From: an uncultured cyanobacterium
GTDB taxonomy: Bacteria; Cyanobacteriota; Cyanobacteriia; CAKZMO01
Direction: 5' to 3'
NCBI GenBank assembly: GCA_937128595.1
Contig: CAKZMO010000729.1
Coordinates: 1-48,399, forward strand
Length of the DNA stretch: 48,399 bases
The notes beneath the pieces are model-generated. The model saw only the letters and a list, made by a program, of their open reading frames with translations, was not told the origin of the DNA and searched no databases. Below, in pieces: positions 38,344-48,322 of the stretch. Position 1 is the first letter of the stretch. Every line of letters begins with the position of its first letter. The translations under genes were made by a program, and so were the position numbers.

Positions 38344-38806
38344 CAGCCCCGGTCACAAATCCGGCGATCGCGCCCGCAAACACCATTAGAACGATCGTCC
38401 ATTGAGCCTGACTGCCACTCAACCCAGCCCCAGGCAACCCGACCAACGTCACGCCCCACAGCATCACCATCGCCGTAGAATTCCAGCCCGCCCAAAGAGT
38501 CGCGGAAGGCAGGTGATTGTGCAGCAGCCACCGCTGCCCAGCCATGAGAACCAGCACGAATACGATGATGCTGGAGGCGATAGCAGTAAAGCTATCAACG
38601 CTATTTTGCAGCACATCAAGTCCGACCCAGTACACCATTCCGTAAAGCCAGCCATAGGCTGCCAACAGGGCAACGATTGTCCCCCCGAGATTGACACCCA
38701 CCCACAGCCACCGACGCGATCGCAACCAGGGCCTCAGAAACAAGACTTGAATACACGAACACGCAATCAAATAAGAAACGATTGAGGCAAAAAATGTCAT
38801 AAACAC
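38279..38806 (-). CDS. Hypothetical membrane protein (about 5 TM helices)
   Basis: Hydrophobic ORF with repeated Q..(F/L)L...(L)...(W/L)W motif; 3' end overlaps coaX by 65 bp. Confidence 0.7.
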   Translation of the reverse strand: MFMTFFASIVSYLIACSCIQVLFLRPWLRSRRWLWVGVNLGGTIVALLAAYGWLYGMVYWVGLDVLQNSVDSFTAIASSIIVFVLVLMAGQRWLLHNHLPSATLWAGWNSTAMVMLWGVTLVGLPGAGLSGSQAQWTIVLMVFAGAIAGFVTGAVTKAGCRFLQTRERSRNADHQ

Positions 38807-38892
38807 CTCATGAATTAGAACTCAAGGTTTAGGTTCAACACAAAAAATGAGGTATCGATAGCCAATCCCGTCACGATGAACTTTTTCGGACT

Positions 38893-38928
38893 ACAGGGGA
38901 TGAAATGCTCACAGGTGATGAAACGCTC
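38893..38928. repeat. Imperfect 18-bp tandem repeat ACAGG(G/T)GATGAAA(T/C)GCTC x2
   Basis: Copies at 38893-38910 and 38911-38928, 16/18 identical. Confidence 0.8.
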
Positions 38929-39161
38929 ATTTCACAGTCGGTTTGAAGAGAGTTGTTTCCGGTGTAGCGCAAAGTGAAGACAATTATCGTACCCGCCTGT
39001 GTCGGATTCTCAATCGGCGGGTTTGGGTATAGGCACGGTCTCCACAACTTTCTTCTTTAGTCGGTGAATGGAGCGTCAAAGTGCTGGATGAAACACCCTT
39101 GCCACACCCTCATGAGACCAAGCGAATTGATCTAGAATAGGGGGTCGAGTTTGGCGCAATC

Positions 39162-40256
39162 ATGGCAAAAGGTTTTCACATCACGCTTCTTCCTGGCGAT
39201 GGCATTGGCCCCGAAATCATGGCCGTTGCGGTTGAAATCCTCCAAGAAGTGGGGCGTCAGCTTAATTTAGCATTTGACCTTGATTCAGCCCTCATCGGTG
39301 GAGCGGCAATTGACGCCGCCGGGGAGCCTTTGCCTTCTGAAACGCTTCAAGCCTGTCGCCAGAGCGACGCGGTCTTGCTAGCCGCAATTGGCGGTGCTAA
39401 GTGGGACAGCCTACCCTCACACCAACGCCCGGAGCGTGGCCTTCTAGGACTTCGGGCTGGGCTAGAACTCTTCGCGAACCTCCGCCCAGCTCAAATCTTG
39501 CCCCAGCTCATTGATGCCTCATCTCTAAAGCGGGAAGTCGTAGAAGGGGTCGATATCATGGTTGTACGAGAGCTGACAGGAGGCATCTACTTTGGTCAGC
39601 CGAAGGGAATTTTTGTAACTGAGTCGGGAGAAAAACGGGGGGTCAACACGATGGCCTACACCGCAACTGAAATCGATCGCATTGGCCGCGTTGCGTTTGA
39701 AACAGCTCAAAAACGCCAAGGTCGTCTCTGCTCAGTTGATAAGGCCAACGTTCTAGACGTGTCGCAACTGTGGCGCGATCGCATTACCGATTTGTCTAGT
39801 GACTATCTTGATGTGGAACTCAGTCATCTGTATGTAGACAATGCTGCAATGCAGCTCGTGCGCTGGCCTAAGCAGTTTGACACGATTGTGACGGGCAACT
39901 TATTTGGCGATATCCTATCCGACGCAGCCGCCATGTTGACCGGAAGCATCGGGATGCTGCCTTCCGCAAGTCTCGGCGCGAAAAATCCTGGAGTGTTTGA
40001 ACCTGTTCACGGATCAGCGCCCGATATTGCTGGACAAGATAAAGCCAATCCCATGGCTCAAGTTCTGAGTGTTGCCATGATGTTGCGCTATGGCCTTGAC
40101 CAGCCAGAGGCTGCTAATCGTATCGAGAAAGCGGTTCAGATTGTCTTAGATCAGGGCGATCGCACAGGCGACATCATGTCTCCTGGCATGAACTTACTAG
40201 GTTGCAAAGCGATGGGAGCGGCTCTTCTCAAAGCTCTCCGCTCACTAGATTCGTGA
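39162..40256 (+). CDS. leuB: 3-isopropylmalate dehydrogenase
   Basis: [57 protein letters not shown]. Confidence 0.98.
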   Translation: MAKGFHITLLPGDGIGPEIMAVAVEILQEVGRQLNLAFDLDSALIGGAAIDAAGEPLPSETLQACRQSDAVLLAAIGGAKWDSLPSHQRPERGLLGLRAGLELFANLRPAQILPQLIDASSLKREVVEGVDIMVVRELTGGIYFGQPKGIFVTESGEKRGVNTMAYTATEIDRIGRVAFETAQKRQGRLCSVDKANVLDVSQLWRDRITDLSSDYLDVELSHLYVDNAAMQLVRWPKQFDTIVTGNLFGDILSDAAAMLTGSIGMLPSASLGAKNPGVFEPVHGSAPDIAGQDKANPMAQVLSVAMMLRYGLDQPEAANRIEKAVQIVLDQGDRTGDIMSPGMNLLGCKAMGAALLKALRSLDS

Positions 40257-40341
40257 TAGAAAATCATCGGTATGACTAATCCCTCATCAGGATTTCTGAA
40301 CCATACGGTAAAATCAGACCTGAGAAGCGCTGTGATAACCT

Positions 40342-40839
40342 ATGACGGAAGATCAGTTTTGGGAAATGATAGACGCGAGCCGGATTCAGTCTAAAGACTG
40401 TGAAGGGCAGGCACGAAAACTCCAGCACCTCCTTTTTGAAAGCTCTGCGCAAGATATCTTAGCTTTTGACCAGAGGTTCCGACAAAAGCTGATTGACGCC
40501 TATCGCTGGGATCTGTGGGGCATTGCCTACCTGATCAACGGCAGTTGTTCTGCAAAGGGAATGCGCGGCTTTTGCTGCTGGCTGATTGGGCAAGGTCGCC
40601 AAACCTATGAACAAATTCTCCGTGAACCCGAAAGCATTCTCCGGTGGGTTGAGGAAGATGAAGAAGAGCTAGGATGCGAGGCCCTGATGCATGTGAGTGC
40701 CTATGCCTACGATGATGTTGTCGGCGATGACATGCCTTTGTCTGATCTCTCCCTTCCAGAAGAACCCGCTGGCACACCCTGGAAAGCACAAGATCTGGAA
40801 AAGCAGTTTCCTAAAGTTGCAGAGGTCTTTGTTCACTAG
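40342..40839 (+). CDS. DUF4240 domain protein
   Basis: MTEDQFWEMI, AYRWDLWG.AYLING.CS, WLIGQG. Confidence 0.85.
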   Translation: MTEDQFWEMIDASRIQSKDCEGQARKLQHLLFESSAQDILAFDQRFRQKLIDAYRWDLWGIAYLINGSCSAKGMRGFCCWLIGQGRQTYEQILREPESILRWVEEDEEELGCEALMHVSAYAYDDVVGDDMPLSDLSLPEEPAGTPWKAQDLEKQFPKVAEVFVH

Positions 40840-40882
40840 GCTGTCAAGAACTGATTAATGTCCGATTTTCTCAAAAGCAACC

Positions 40883-41800
40883 TCAGACACTCATGGGCTG
40901 AGGCTGTTTGCGATCTGTAATCGCGTCGCCACAGTAATCTGCCAAAAAAGGTGTGCGGTGATTATCATTTCTCCAAAGGATGGGAAAAAAGCTTTCATCC
41001 ATCGTCACATCGCCCACTCGCTTGTAGCGACCATAGATATAGCCTGCTCCAGTCGGCTGAAACTGAGCATCGGCAGAAAGGGTGTGAACCGCAACGCTGC
41101 GTCGAGGGCGATCGCTCCGCAGATTTTTGCCGGAACCGTGCCAGGTATGGCCGTGGTGAACAACGCAACTGCCTGCCGGAATTTCAATCTGAACCACCTC
41201 TGGTTCATCAACGCCCAACTGAGCGGCAGCCTGCTTCATGGCTGCACGATGATCCCCCGATGGAGCATGAAAGTCGCCAAGGGTCTTGACCAGAGGCCAC
41301 TTGTGAGAGCCTCTCGCGTATTCGATCGTGCCGATGTCCGCTGTTGTGTTGTCCAAGGCAATCCAGCAGGTCGTCATCTCGGCTGGAGTGATGTAACTGA
41401 TGTAAGTTGCGTCTTGGTGAAGCGAAACCGCTTTGGCTCCAGGAGGCTTCATCCAGAGACTATCCTGTCCAATGCGAGCTCCAGGCCAGCCAGCCAAAGT
41501 TGCGGTAATGCGGCCAATCGTTTCAGAAAGAACCACGCTGGCAAAGAGGCGATCGCTCTTCCACACATTACAAATCTCGCGGGTAATGTCAGGTAGGCTC
41601 ATGCCAGGTCGCCAATGCCACTCATCTGGGTAGATGCCGGTTTCAAAATCTCCGGCAAAGATCGGCTCAATGCGTTCAGCCAGTTGCTCAACCAAAGCAC
41701 GGTCAATTAAATCATCGATGACCAAAAATCCGTCTTCGTTGAACTGGGCAATATGTTGCTCAGTCAGAGGGGCGGAGGCTTGAGCTGAAGCGTGAACCAT
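40883..41800 (-). CDS. Phytanoyl-CoA dioxygenase (PhyH) family Fe(II)/2-oxoglutarate oxygenase
   Basis: F.EDGF, KPPG, HQD, WIALD, GSH, H..TWHGSG.N....RR. Confidence 0.92.
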   Translation of the reverse strand: MVHASAQASAPLTEQHIAQFNEDGFLVIDDLIDRALVEQLAERIEPIFAGDFETGIYPDEWHWRPGMSLPDITREICNVWKSDRLFASVVLSETIGRITATLAGWPGARIGQDSLWMKPPGAKAVSLHQDATYISYITPAEMTTCWIALDNTTADIGTIEYARGSHKWPLVKTLGDFHAPSGDHRAAMKQAAAQLGVDEPEVVQIEIPAGSCVVHHGHTWHGSGKNLRSDRPRRSVAVHTLSADAQFQPTGAGYIYGRYKRVGDVTMDESFFPILWRNDNHRTPFLADYCGDAITDRKQPQPMSV

Positions 41801-41873
41801 GGAGCTGCTCCCGTGGGTAATGCGGTAAAGTCATATCCGGATAGATGAGTCAAGCTATCCAGAGAGGATCATT

Positions 41874-41893
41874 GAGCTTGTTATAACAAGCTC
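41874..41893. promoter_or_regulatory. Perfect 20-bp palindrome GAGCTTGTTATAACAAGCTC, candidate operator (GntR-like GT-N4-AC core)
   Basis: Self-complementary; lies mid-way between divergent genes. Confidence 0.65.
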
Positions 41894-41907
41894 GACCACA
41901 GGAAACT

Positions 41908-41949
41908 GTAGTTTCAAGCACGGTCTGACCCATGCCCATCACATAATCT
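41908..41949 (+). promoter_or_regulatory. Candidate NtcA-activated promoter
   Basis: GTA-N8-CAC (one mismatch to GTA-N8-TAC) at 41908-41921, 22 nt before the TAN3T box TAATCT at 41944-41949. Confidence 0.45.
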
Positions 41950-42022
41950 GTGCCACACTGCACATTCATTGATGGTGTGCAGCAGGTACAACGAACCACC
42001 GTCAAGAAAACATGATAAATCC

Positions 42023-42736
42023 ATGACTCTTCAAACTATTCAGCCCGGTCAATTGGCGATCGCCACCAGCGACTTTTATGCTCGTCCCATGACATTTGTC
42101 GAGAATGGACAGCGATTGGGCTACGAACCCGATGTTGCTCGAATCCTTTGTGCCCGTTTAGGACTAGAACCCATTTGGACAAGCCTTCGGATGGATGAGT
42201 TCTACCCTGCAATGCAGACCGGGCAGTACGATGTCCTATGGTTTAACCAGGCCATCACGGATGAGCGAAAAGCATGGGTCAACTTTACGCGCCCCTATGG
42301 TCTGTTTGACGAAGCTATTTTGGTGAAAGGCGATCGCCCCATTCATTGCATCGAAGATCTGAAAGGGATGAAGGTCGGGGGACTTGCTGACAGCACAAAC
42401 ATCGCTCTAGCCGCAACTTTTCCAGATGTGGAAGCGATTTCATACCCCGGCAGTGATCAGGTATTGCCAGAAATGTTAGACGCCCTTCGTGGAGGAGAGA
42501 TTGATGCACTGATCGATGACGAATTGGTTCTTGTCGTCGCTGCTGAGGATAATCCGGCCCTGCGAGTAGCCTTTGACGTACCCACGCGCGTTCCGTTTGG
42601 GGTGGGAGTAAGAAAAGATGCGGCTGAGCTTCATGAGGCGATCGACAGCACACTCCAAGCACTCATTGACGACGGAACCTTAGCCGATTTGTGGGCAACC
42701 TGGATTCCGTGGAAGCCTTTTCCCCTAGGCAAGTAA
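42023..42736 (+). CDS. Polar amino acid-type solute-binding (SBP_bac_3) domain protein, no signal peptide
   Basis: GYEPDVA, G.YDV, ITDERK..VNFTRPY, DLKGMKVG, L..GEIDA, GVGVRK, DGTL. Confidence 0.88.
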   Translation: MTLQTIQPGQLAIATSDFYARPMTFVENGQRLGYEPDVARILCARLGLEPIWTSLRMDEFYPAMQTGQYDVLWFNQAITDERKAWVNFTRPYGLFDEAILVKGDRPIHCIEDLKGMKVGGLADSTNIALAATFPDVEAISYPGSDQVLPEMLDALRGGEIDALIDDELVLVVAAEDNPALRVAFDVPTRVPFGVGVRKDAAELHEAIDSTLQALIDDGTLADLWATWIPWKPFPLGK

Positions 42737-42820
42737 GCAAATTTTTCAACACACTGCTGTTGTGCTCCGGGCAGCTCTAAGCCCCTGTCTACACTCAAAC
42801 TTTACTTTTCACAGAATTCA

Positions 42821-42861
42821 TAGACCTGGAAAGGCAAAGGGCTTGCCTTGTTCCAGGTCTA
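42821..42861. terminator. Hairpin between convergent genes
   Basis: TAGACCTGGAA-AGGCAA...TTGCCT-TG-TTCCAGGTCTA. Confidence 0.65.
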
Positions 42862-42894
42862 TGAGTACGAGCAATCTAAACGATGGAATCCAGC

Positions 42895-43437
42895 CTAGTA
42901 AGCGTCCTGGATTTCGTAGAAATCAGGTGAGATATAGTCTTTCCGAAGAGGCCAGCCAATCCAGTCTTCAGGCATTAGGAGTCGCTTCAGGTTCGGGTGT
43001 CCTTCAAACTCAATACCGTACATGTCGTAGGTTTCGCGCTCTTGCCAGTCTGCCGAGTTCCAGATCCAATAGACTGATGGCACACGAGGATTATCGCGAG
43101 GCAAAAAGACCTTGATTCTGACCTCTTCTGGCCCAACCACGTCATCCTCTAGCTTGACCAGATGATAGACGCTAACGAGTTCATCTCCAGGGCCAGCATC
43201 ATAGCCCGCTTGACACTGCAAATAGTTGAAGCCGTAGGCATAAAGCGCTGTTGAGAAAGGAAGTAGAAAATCAGACTCCACCTTCAGCACTTCAACGCCC
43301 AGATGATCAGGCTCCATAATTTCATGGTCGAAACCATTTTCAGTCAACCATTTTGAGACTTTTCCAGCCTCAACGATATCTGACTGTTCCTGTTCAGCGT
43401 TGTCTTGGTTTTCTGCTTTTGAATCAGACGATGCCAT
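42895..43437 (-). CDS. ndhJ: NAD(P)H-quinone oxidoreductase subunit J
   Basis: [35 protein letters not shown]. Confidence 0.97.
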   Translation of the reverse strand: MASSDSKAENQDNAEQEQSDIVEAGKVSKWLTENGFDHEIMEPDHLGVEVLKVESDFLLPFSTALYAYGFNYLQCQAGYDAGPGDELVSVYHLVKLEDDVVGPEEVRIKVFLPRDNPRVPSVYWIWNSADWQERETYDMYGIEFEGHPNLKRLLMPEDWIGWPLRKDYISPDFYEIQDAY

Positions 43438-43441
43438 TTCT

Positions 43442-44170
43442 TCAGACTTCCTCTTTCTCGGCTTCTTCTTCAAGAGCGGAGGCAGGCATTCCCATCGCGC
43501 TCCTTAGTTCCTTCGGGGGAGCTTGTCTGGTGTCAGCTCTGAGATATTCCCCGGTTAAAATTTCAGGAACTTGCTTCATATTGTGCGATCGCGTGTAGTA
43601 GCGATGAGTCTGCTCATAATTGCTACGCTCTTGAATGGCCTCGTTGGCAATCTTCTTCCGCAGCTTTATGATCGCATCAATGATGGCTTCTGGGCGAGGC
43701 GGGCAACCCGGAATGTAGACATCTACTGGGATAATCTTGTCTACGCCACGAATCGCTGTTGGAGAGTCCATGCTGAACATCCCTCCAGTGATCGTGCAAG
43801 CACCCATGGCGATGACGTACTTTGGATCAGGCATCTGCTCATAGAGGCGAACCACGGCGGGAGCCATCTTCATTGTGATCGTTCCAGAAGTGATCAAAAG
43901 ATCAGCCTGCCGAGGAGAAGCACGTGGAACCAAGCCAAATCGGTCAAAGTCAAATCGAGAACCGATCAGAGCGGCAAATTCGATAAAGCAGCAAGCTGTG
44001 CCGTATAGCATTGGCCATAGGCTAGAGAGCCTCGCCCAGTTGTGTAAGTCATCAACCGTTGTCAGGATGATGTTTTCAGAAAGCTCCTGTGTGACTTGCG
44101 GAGCCCCAATCGGATTTGTGATGTTCTGTGTAGAACTATCAGAAGTAGCGATATCGGAGTTCATGACCAT
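43442..44170 (-). CDS. ndhK: NAD(P)H-quinone oxidoreductase subunit K
   Basis: [26 protein letters not shown]; start overlaps the ndhC end. Confidence 0.97.
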   Translation of the reverse strand: MVMNSDIATSDSSTQNITNPIGAPQVTQELSENIILTTVDDLHNWARLSSLWPMLYGTACCFIEFAALIGSRFDFDRFGLVPRASPRQADLLITSGTITMKMAPAVVRLYEQMPDPKYVIAMGACTITGGMFSMDSPTAIRGVDKIIPVDVYIPGCPPRPEAIIDAIIKLRKKIANEAIQERSNYEQTHRYYTRSHNMKQVPEILTGEYLRADTRQAPPKELRSAMGMPASALEEEAEKEEV

Positions 44171-44523
44171 TCCAGTGCTCCTTTCCTCCAAGCGTAAACC
44201 AAGCCAATCACGAGGATGGCAACAAAAATCAGCACTTCTATAAATGCAAGCAGCCCCAGCTGATTAAAAGCAACTGCCCACGGATAAAGAAAGACAACTT
44301 CAACGTCGAAGATGACGAAAACCAAAGCGAACATATAGTAGCGAATGTTGAACTGAATCCATGCACCACCGATAGGCTCCATGCCGGATTCGTATGTAGT
44401 TCGCCGTTCAACACCCTGACGCTTGGGACGTACAATATAAGACACCGTGAGTGCCAGTACAGGAACCAAGCCGCAGATAATTAAAAACCCGAGGAGGTAT
44501 TCGTAACCATTAAGGACAAACAC
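44161..44523 (-). CDS. ndhC: NAD(P)H-quinone oxidoreductase subunit 3
   Basis: [33 protein letters not shown]. Confidence 0.98.
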   Translation of the reverse strand: MFVLNGYEYLLGFLIICGLVPVLALTVSYIVRPKRQGVERRTTYESGMEPIGGAWIQFNIRYYMFALVFVIFDVEVVFLYPWAVAFNQLGLLAFIEVLIFVAILVIGLVYAWRKGALEWS

Positions 44524-44987
44524 TTAAGAACTCGTACCCCAGCGCGAATGACACAGTACATGTTACATGCTTTTTACATTGTAGAGGATTGTTCTCAGAA
44601 GTCATCCCACTGTTCTCATAGCAATTCTGATGGTTAGGATTAGAGAGAGCGATTGATGGTTGAGAATAGCAAGAGCGATCGCCCAAATGCCTGATGAACA
44701 GACCCAATACCAAGCAGGGAAATTTTCTCGCTGACTTTGGAGCCTCGACTAGATTGGGTTGCGAGCTGATATCAAGGAGAAAATTATGCCTTCTGATAGA
44801 CCAGTCCTATAGATTAGCTCTTGCGAATAGATTCATCAATGACTCTGATACATTTCGCTTGCCCGCAACGCTGTTGTCGCTTCTCCAAATCATCTGATCA
44901 TTTCTCTTGTTGAAATCGTCGTTTAAAGTGAGTGATTGCGTGTCAAAGCAGGATTCTCTCAAGTCCGAAAGCAATGTTGGGCAAATC

Positions 44988-46325
44988 ATGAACGATATTA
45001 ACCAATTGCTTGACTCGTTTGGGCGATTTGGGGTGGATCTAGGACTCGATCGCATCGTTCAACTACTGGAGGATTTGGGAAATCCTCATTACCGCGTTCC
45101 CGTCATTCACGTTGCAGGCACTAACGGTAAAGGTTCAGTTTGTGCCTATCTTGCTTCGATTCTGACTCAGGCTGGCTATCGTGTAGGGCGCTACATTTCA
45201 CCTCATCTCGTCAGTTGGTGCGATCGCTTTTGTGTCAACGGTCAGGCGATCGCACCCGCAACCCTCTACGACATCCTGACTCGCGCTCGTGAAGCGATTC
45301 GTCCTGATCTCCCCTCTCCCACTCAGTTCGAAGTGGTTACTGCTGCAGCATTTCTTTACTTCGCTGAACAACAGGTTGATATCGCCGTGATGGAGGTGGG
45401 ACTGGGAGGACGGCTTGATGCAACGAACGTGTGCGATCGCCCTCTAGTCAGCGTCATCACCTCTATCAGCCGCGAGCACTGGCAGCGTCTGGGTTCGACA
45501 TTAGGAGCGATCGCTGGAGAAAAGGCAGGTGTTCTAAAACCTCAGTGTCCCGCAGTGTTGGGGCAGTTGCCTCCAGAAGCAGAAGCAGTGGTGCGACAGC
45601 GAGCGGCGAAAGTGGGTTGTGAAGCACGTTGGATTAAGCCGTCTGTGGATTTAGGTGATGGAACAGCTCAACATAAAGGGTCTCCTTCTTTGGTGTATCC
45701 GCTTCCGCTGCCCGGAGCGCATCAGTTGATGAACTCAGCCTTGGCGATCGCTGCCATTCAAGTTTTGCGAGAGCAGGGATGGAACATTGGCGATCGCGCC
45801 ATTCTTGAAGGAATGCGGCAGACTCGCTGGCCTGGACGCATCCAGTGGTCACAGTGGAAAGGGCATCCGTTGCTGATTGATGGAGCGCACAACCCGGCTG
45901 CCGCAACCGTCCTGCGGCAATACGTGGATGACAAGCTTTCCCGGTCTGAGCCAGCCTCTGGTTCTCAAACCGTTCACTGGGTCATGGGCATGTTGTCTAC
46001 CAAAGATCATGCCGATATTTTCAAAGCTCTATTGCGAGATGGCGATCGCCTCTCTTTAGTCCCCGTTCCCGAACACAGCAGCGCGATACCGTCAGAACTG
46101 GCTCAGCTCGTTACCGATTTGGGAATTAGCCTGGAAGTCTGCAAGTCTTTTGAAGACATTCATCTAGCTTTAGATGAGGCTTTTGAGCAAAGCTCAATTC
46201 AAAATGCTGCGGAAGCGTCTCCAGTATCGGCTTCTACGTCAGACGTTTCTCAAATGGTGGTGTTCTGCGGCTCTTTATATTTAATTGGGCATGTCTTCCA
46301 ACAGCACCCTGAACTTTACTCTTGA
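44988..46325 (+). CDS. folC: Folylpolyglutamate synthase/dihydrofolate synthase
   Basis: HVAGTNGKGS, SPHL, EVGLGGRLDATN, EKAG, WPGR, DGAHN, GSLYL. Confidence 0.96.
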   Translation: MNDINQLLDSFGRFGVDLGLDRIVQLLEDLGNPHYRVPVIHVAGTNGKGSVCAYLASILTQAGYRVGRYISPHLVSWCDRFCVNGQAIAPATLYDILTRAREAIRPDLPSPTQFEVVTAAAFLYFAEQQVDIAVMEVGLGGRLDATNVCDRPLVSVITSISREHWQRLGSTLGAIAGEKAGVLKPQCPAVLGQLPPEAEAVVRQRAAKVGCEARWIKPSVDLGDGTAQHKGSPSLVYPLPLPGAHQLMNSALAIAAIQVLREQGWNIGDRAILEGMRQTRWPGRIQWSQWKGHPLLIDGAHNPAAATVLRQYVDDKLSRSEPASGSQTVHWVMGMLSTKDHADIFKALLRDGDRLSLVPVPEHSSAIPSELAQLVTDLGISLEVCKSFEDIHLALDEAFEQSSIQNAAEASPVSASTSDVSQMVVFCGSLYLIGHVFQQHPELYS

Positions 46326-46695
46326 ATCTGAGGAGGACGAGCCTCTTTCCACACAAAAAGGGTAATCCAGCAAACTACAAGCACTAAGGCCAGTCTTGTA
46401 AATTGAGCAACGCCTTGAATCAACTGTGGCAAAGGAACGAGCCGTCCGGCAAAGTAAGCCAGACTCACGATCGCTGAAGCCCAAGCTAAAGCTCCCAAAG
46501 CATTCCACAGTAGACACTGAGCGCAGGGCATTTTTACAGCTCCAGCGAGGGGGCCTGCAAAAATTCGGAGCAGCACGATAAACCGTCCAAGAAAGACTGC
46601 TCTGTCCGCATTCTGAGCGAACTGGCCTCGAACTCCGAGCATCTGCTCTTCGGTCAAACGAAATAAGCGCCCGACTCGCACCAAAATCGGCCAGC
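46316..46695 (-). pseudogene. dedA: 5'-truncated DedA-family membrane protein gene
   Basis: Encodes only the C-terminal half (WPILVRVGRLF...AVFLGRF...RIFAGPLAG...M...WNALGA..W); upstream DNA is repeat sequence rather than the N-terminal half. Confidence 0.8.
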
Positions 46696-46726
46696 AAAAG
46701 AAGCTAGAGATAAAAAAAGGATTTTA

Positions 46727-46849
46727 ATCTAACTGCAATCCCTGCTATAGCGAATCGCAGTTAGATTGAGGCAACCTGAAAGGCTAAACCTCTTGCATAG
46801 AAAGCATTTCATTCTGAATCTTGAATGTTGAATTCTGCTTCTTACTATA
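46727..46849. mobile_element. Back-to-back miniature-element ends plus a ~104-bp TATAG...CTATA-bounded element (family C)
   Basis: Quasi-palindrome AATCTAACTGCAATCCTGC-TATA-GCGAATCGCAGTTAGATT centred at 46746-46749; right element contains heptamers (TTCTGAA, TCTTGAA, TGTTGAA) and ends CTTACTATA. Confidence 0.6.
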
Positions 46850-46860
46850 AGAGTTCGATT

Positions 46861-46964
46861 TGTAGTGCTACGCACTGATATAAAACTAATAGTTGATGGA
46901 GAAATCGCTCACCGCGCGATTTCTCCATCAACTATTAGTCCTAACCTATCTGCGCATTGCTATA
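46861..46964. mobile_element. Hairpin-carrying miniature element (family A), copy 2, uninterrupted
   Basis: Co-linear with 3011-3232 minus the insertion; perfect 24-bp stem 46885-46908/46916-46939. Confidence 0.9.
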
Positions 46965-47255
46965 ATTCCTTTTTGTTCTCATCATCACCATTACGTAGGT
47001 TCTGTTGAGTTGTGCTATCCATGCCCCCAATCCCCAATAAAGATGTAGAGCATTTGGAGTTCAACAAGTGTTGAGCAGAAGTATCGCAATTTAATCTAGT
47101 ACGACCTGCTCTATACAATTTGCTCTATCCAAATTTCTCAGACAGGCTCAATGCCCCCAACCCGCATAGGGCATAGAAAAAAAGTTGCAAGTTCGGTAAC
47201 GTGGTTGCCTGTGCTTCGACAGAGTGCATTTGTTTTTCTGGGGAATATATTATCC

Positions 47256-47801
47256 ATGACTCGATTTAGAGTATTGACCGTAGGGGCGATCGCCCTAAGC
47301 TTTGTGGGCAGTTCGGCAGCATCAGCTTTAGAGGTAGCCTCACCCAATGCAGACGTGCCGCACATGGGGGTGGATGGAGTTTTTACGTTAGATGTCAGTG
47401 TTCCGGCTTCGCTTCACGACCCGCGTAATCCTGGACGTATCGTCTTTGAAGAGATGGAGCGCTTCTCGTTTTATCGAGATATGGAAGGCGAAGATCCCAT
47501 TGCTGAAAGTTGTCAGTATTCTTATCAAGGTGCAGTCCCTGATCCGTTCTACTATCCAGAGTTTCAGACCTCGATTTGGGATTTATTTGAGCTGACATCT
47601 GATGACCCCGCTTGCATTGGTTTTCAGTATGTGGCGTTGCGATCGCCTCATGGAGAACCGATTCATATGCATGTTCGCTATGGGAATGAAAGCTCTAGTT
47701 TCGAAGAATTACTGCAAATGAGCTTGGCAGAACCCGACCGCGCAGAACTCAATCCTTGGTGGAGTCTCTACTGTGCCGAAGGGATAACGGCCTGCGATTA
47801 A
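47256..47801 (+). CDS. Secreted acidic hypothetical protein
   Basis: Signal peptide MTRFRVLTVGAIALSFVGSSAASA; four Cys; no family recognised. Confidence 0.75.
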   Translation: MTRFRVLTVGAIALSFVGSSAASALEVASPNADVPHMGVDGVFTLDVSVPASLHDPRNPGRIVFEEMERFSFYRDMEGEDPIAESCQYSYQGAVPDPFYYPEFQTSIWDLFELTSDDPACIGFQYVALRSPHGEPIHMHVRYGNESSSFEELLQMSLAEPDRAELNPWWSLYCAEGITACD

Positions 47802-47808
47802 TAGCTGA

Positions 47809-48207
47809 ATGGTGAGAATAGCCATGCGTTATTTCCGAATCGGACTTCTCTCATTCATCATTGCCTGGATTTTGATTCTGTCGGTCAATGCTCACGAAGT
47901 CGGGATGCGGGCTGATGTTCAGGCTCGTTCTGCGAGTGGAGCTAGAGTCACCTATTCTGCAACCACGCTTCCAGTCAATGCCCAAATTATATCGATTACC
48001 ATCACAGTCATCTACAGCACCAGAGAACCGATGGCTCATGGGCGCATTCAAATTTATGCTCCTGATCGTTCTGATATCCCTTGGCGAGTAGGCAGACTCG
48101 ATGCGGAAGGCGAGTATCAATTTACTCCCGATCTATCTAGGCGAGGTCGCTGGACGATTCGCGTTGAATCCGAAGGACACACTAATTTCATGAATCTAGT
48201 CATTTGA
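47809..48207 (+). CDS. Secreted protein with carboxypeptidase-regulatory-like beta-sandwich (resembles Ni/Co-uptake accessory proteins)
   Basis: Signal peptide ending VNA-H; YSTREPM....QIYAP....PW..G.LD.EG.Y.F.PD....G.W...V...GH. Confidence 0.7.
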   Translation: MVRIAMRYFRIGLLSFIIAWILILSVNAHEVGMRADVQARSASGARVTYSATTLPVNAQIISITITVIYSTREPMAHGRIQIYAPDRSDIPWRVGRLDAEGEYQFTPDLSRRGRWTIRVESEGHTNFMNLVI

Positions 48208-48277
48208 AATTGGAGTCAACTGCTCATAAGTTAAGTTTGTGCTGTAATGACAGCCAGCATCTTACTGGGTCATTTCT

Positions 48278-48296
48278 GTAGGCGCGCAGCGCGCCT
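48278..48296. repeat. GTAG-initiated REP-like hairpin AGGCGCGC-A-GCGCGCCT
   Basis: Read directly; lies just left of family A copy 3. Confidence 0.5.
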
Positions 48297-48322
48297 CTGT
48301 CTAGCCTGTTTTTGACGAGACA

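Larger units (their letters stand above)
717..47644. repeat. HIP1 octamer GCGATCGC dispersed through the window (dozens of copies)
   Basis: Examples at 717-724, 867-874, 18870-18877 and many more; established hallmark of cyanobacterial genomes. Confidence 0.97.

Noticed and set aside
44562-44580. RpaB HLR1-like direct repeat GTTACATG-N3-TTTACATT upstream of ndhC
   Set aside because: Spacing is 3 nt instead of the canonical 2, so it is not supportable without data.
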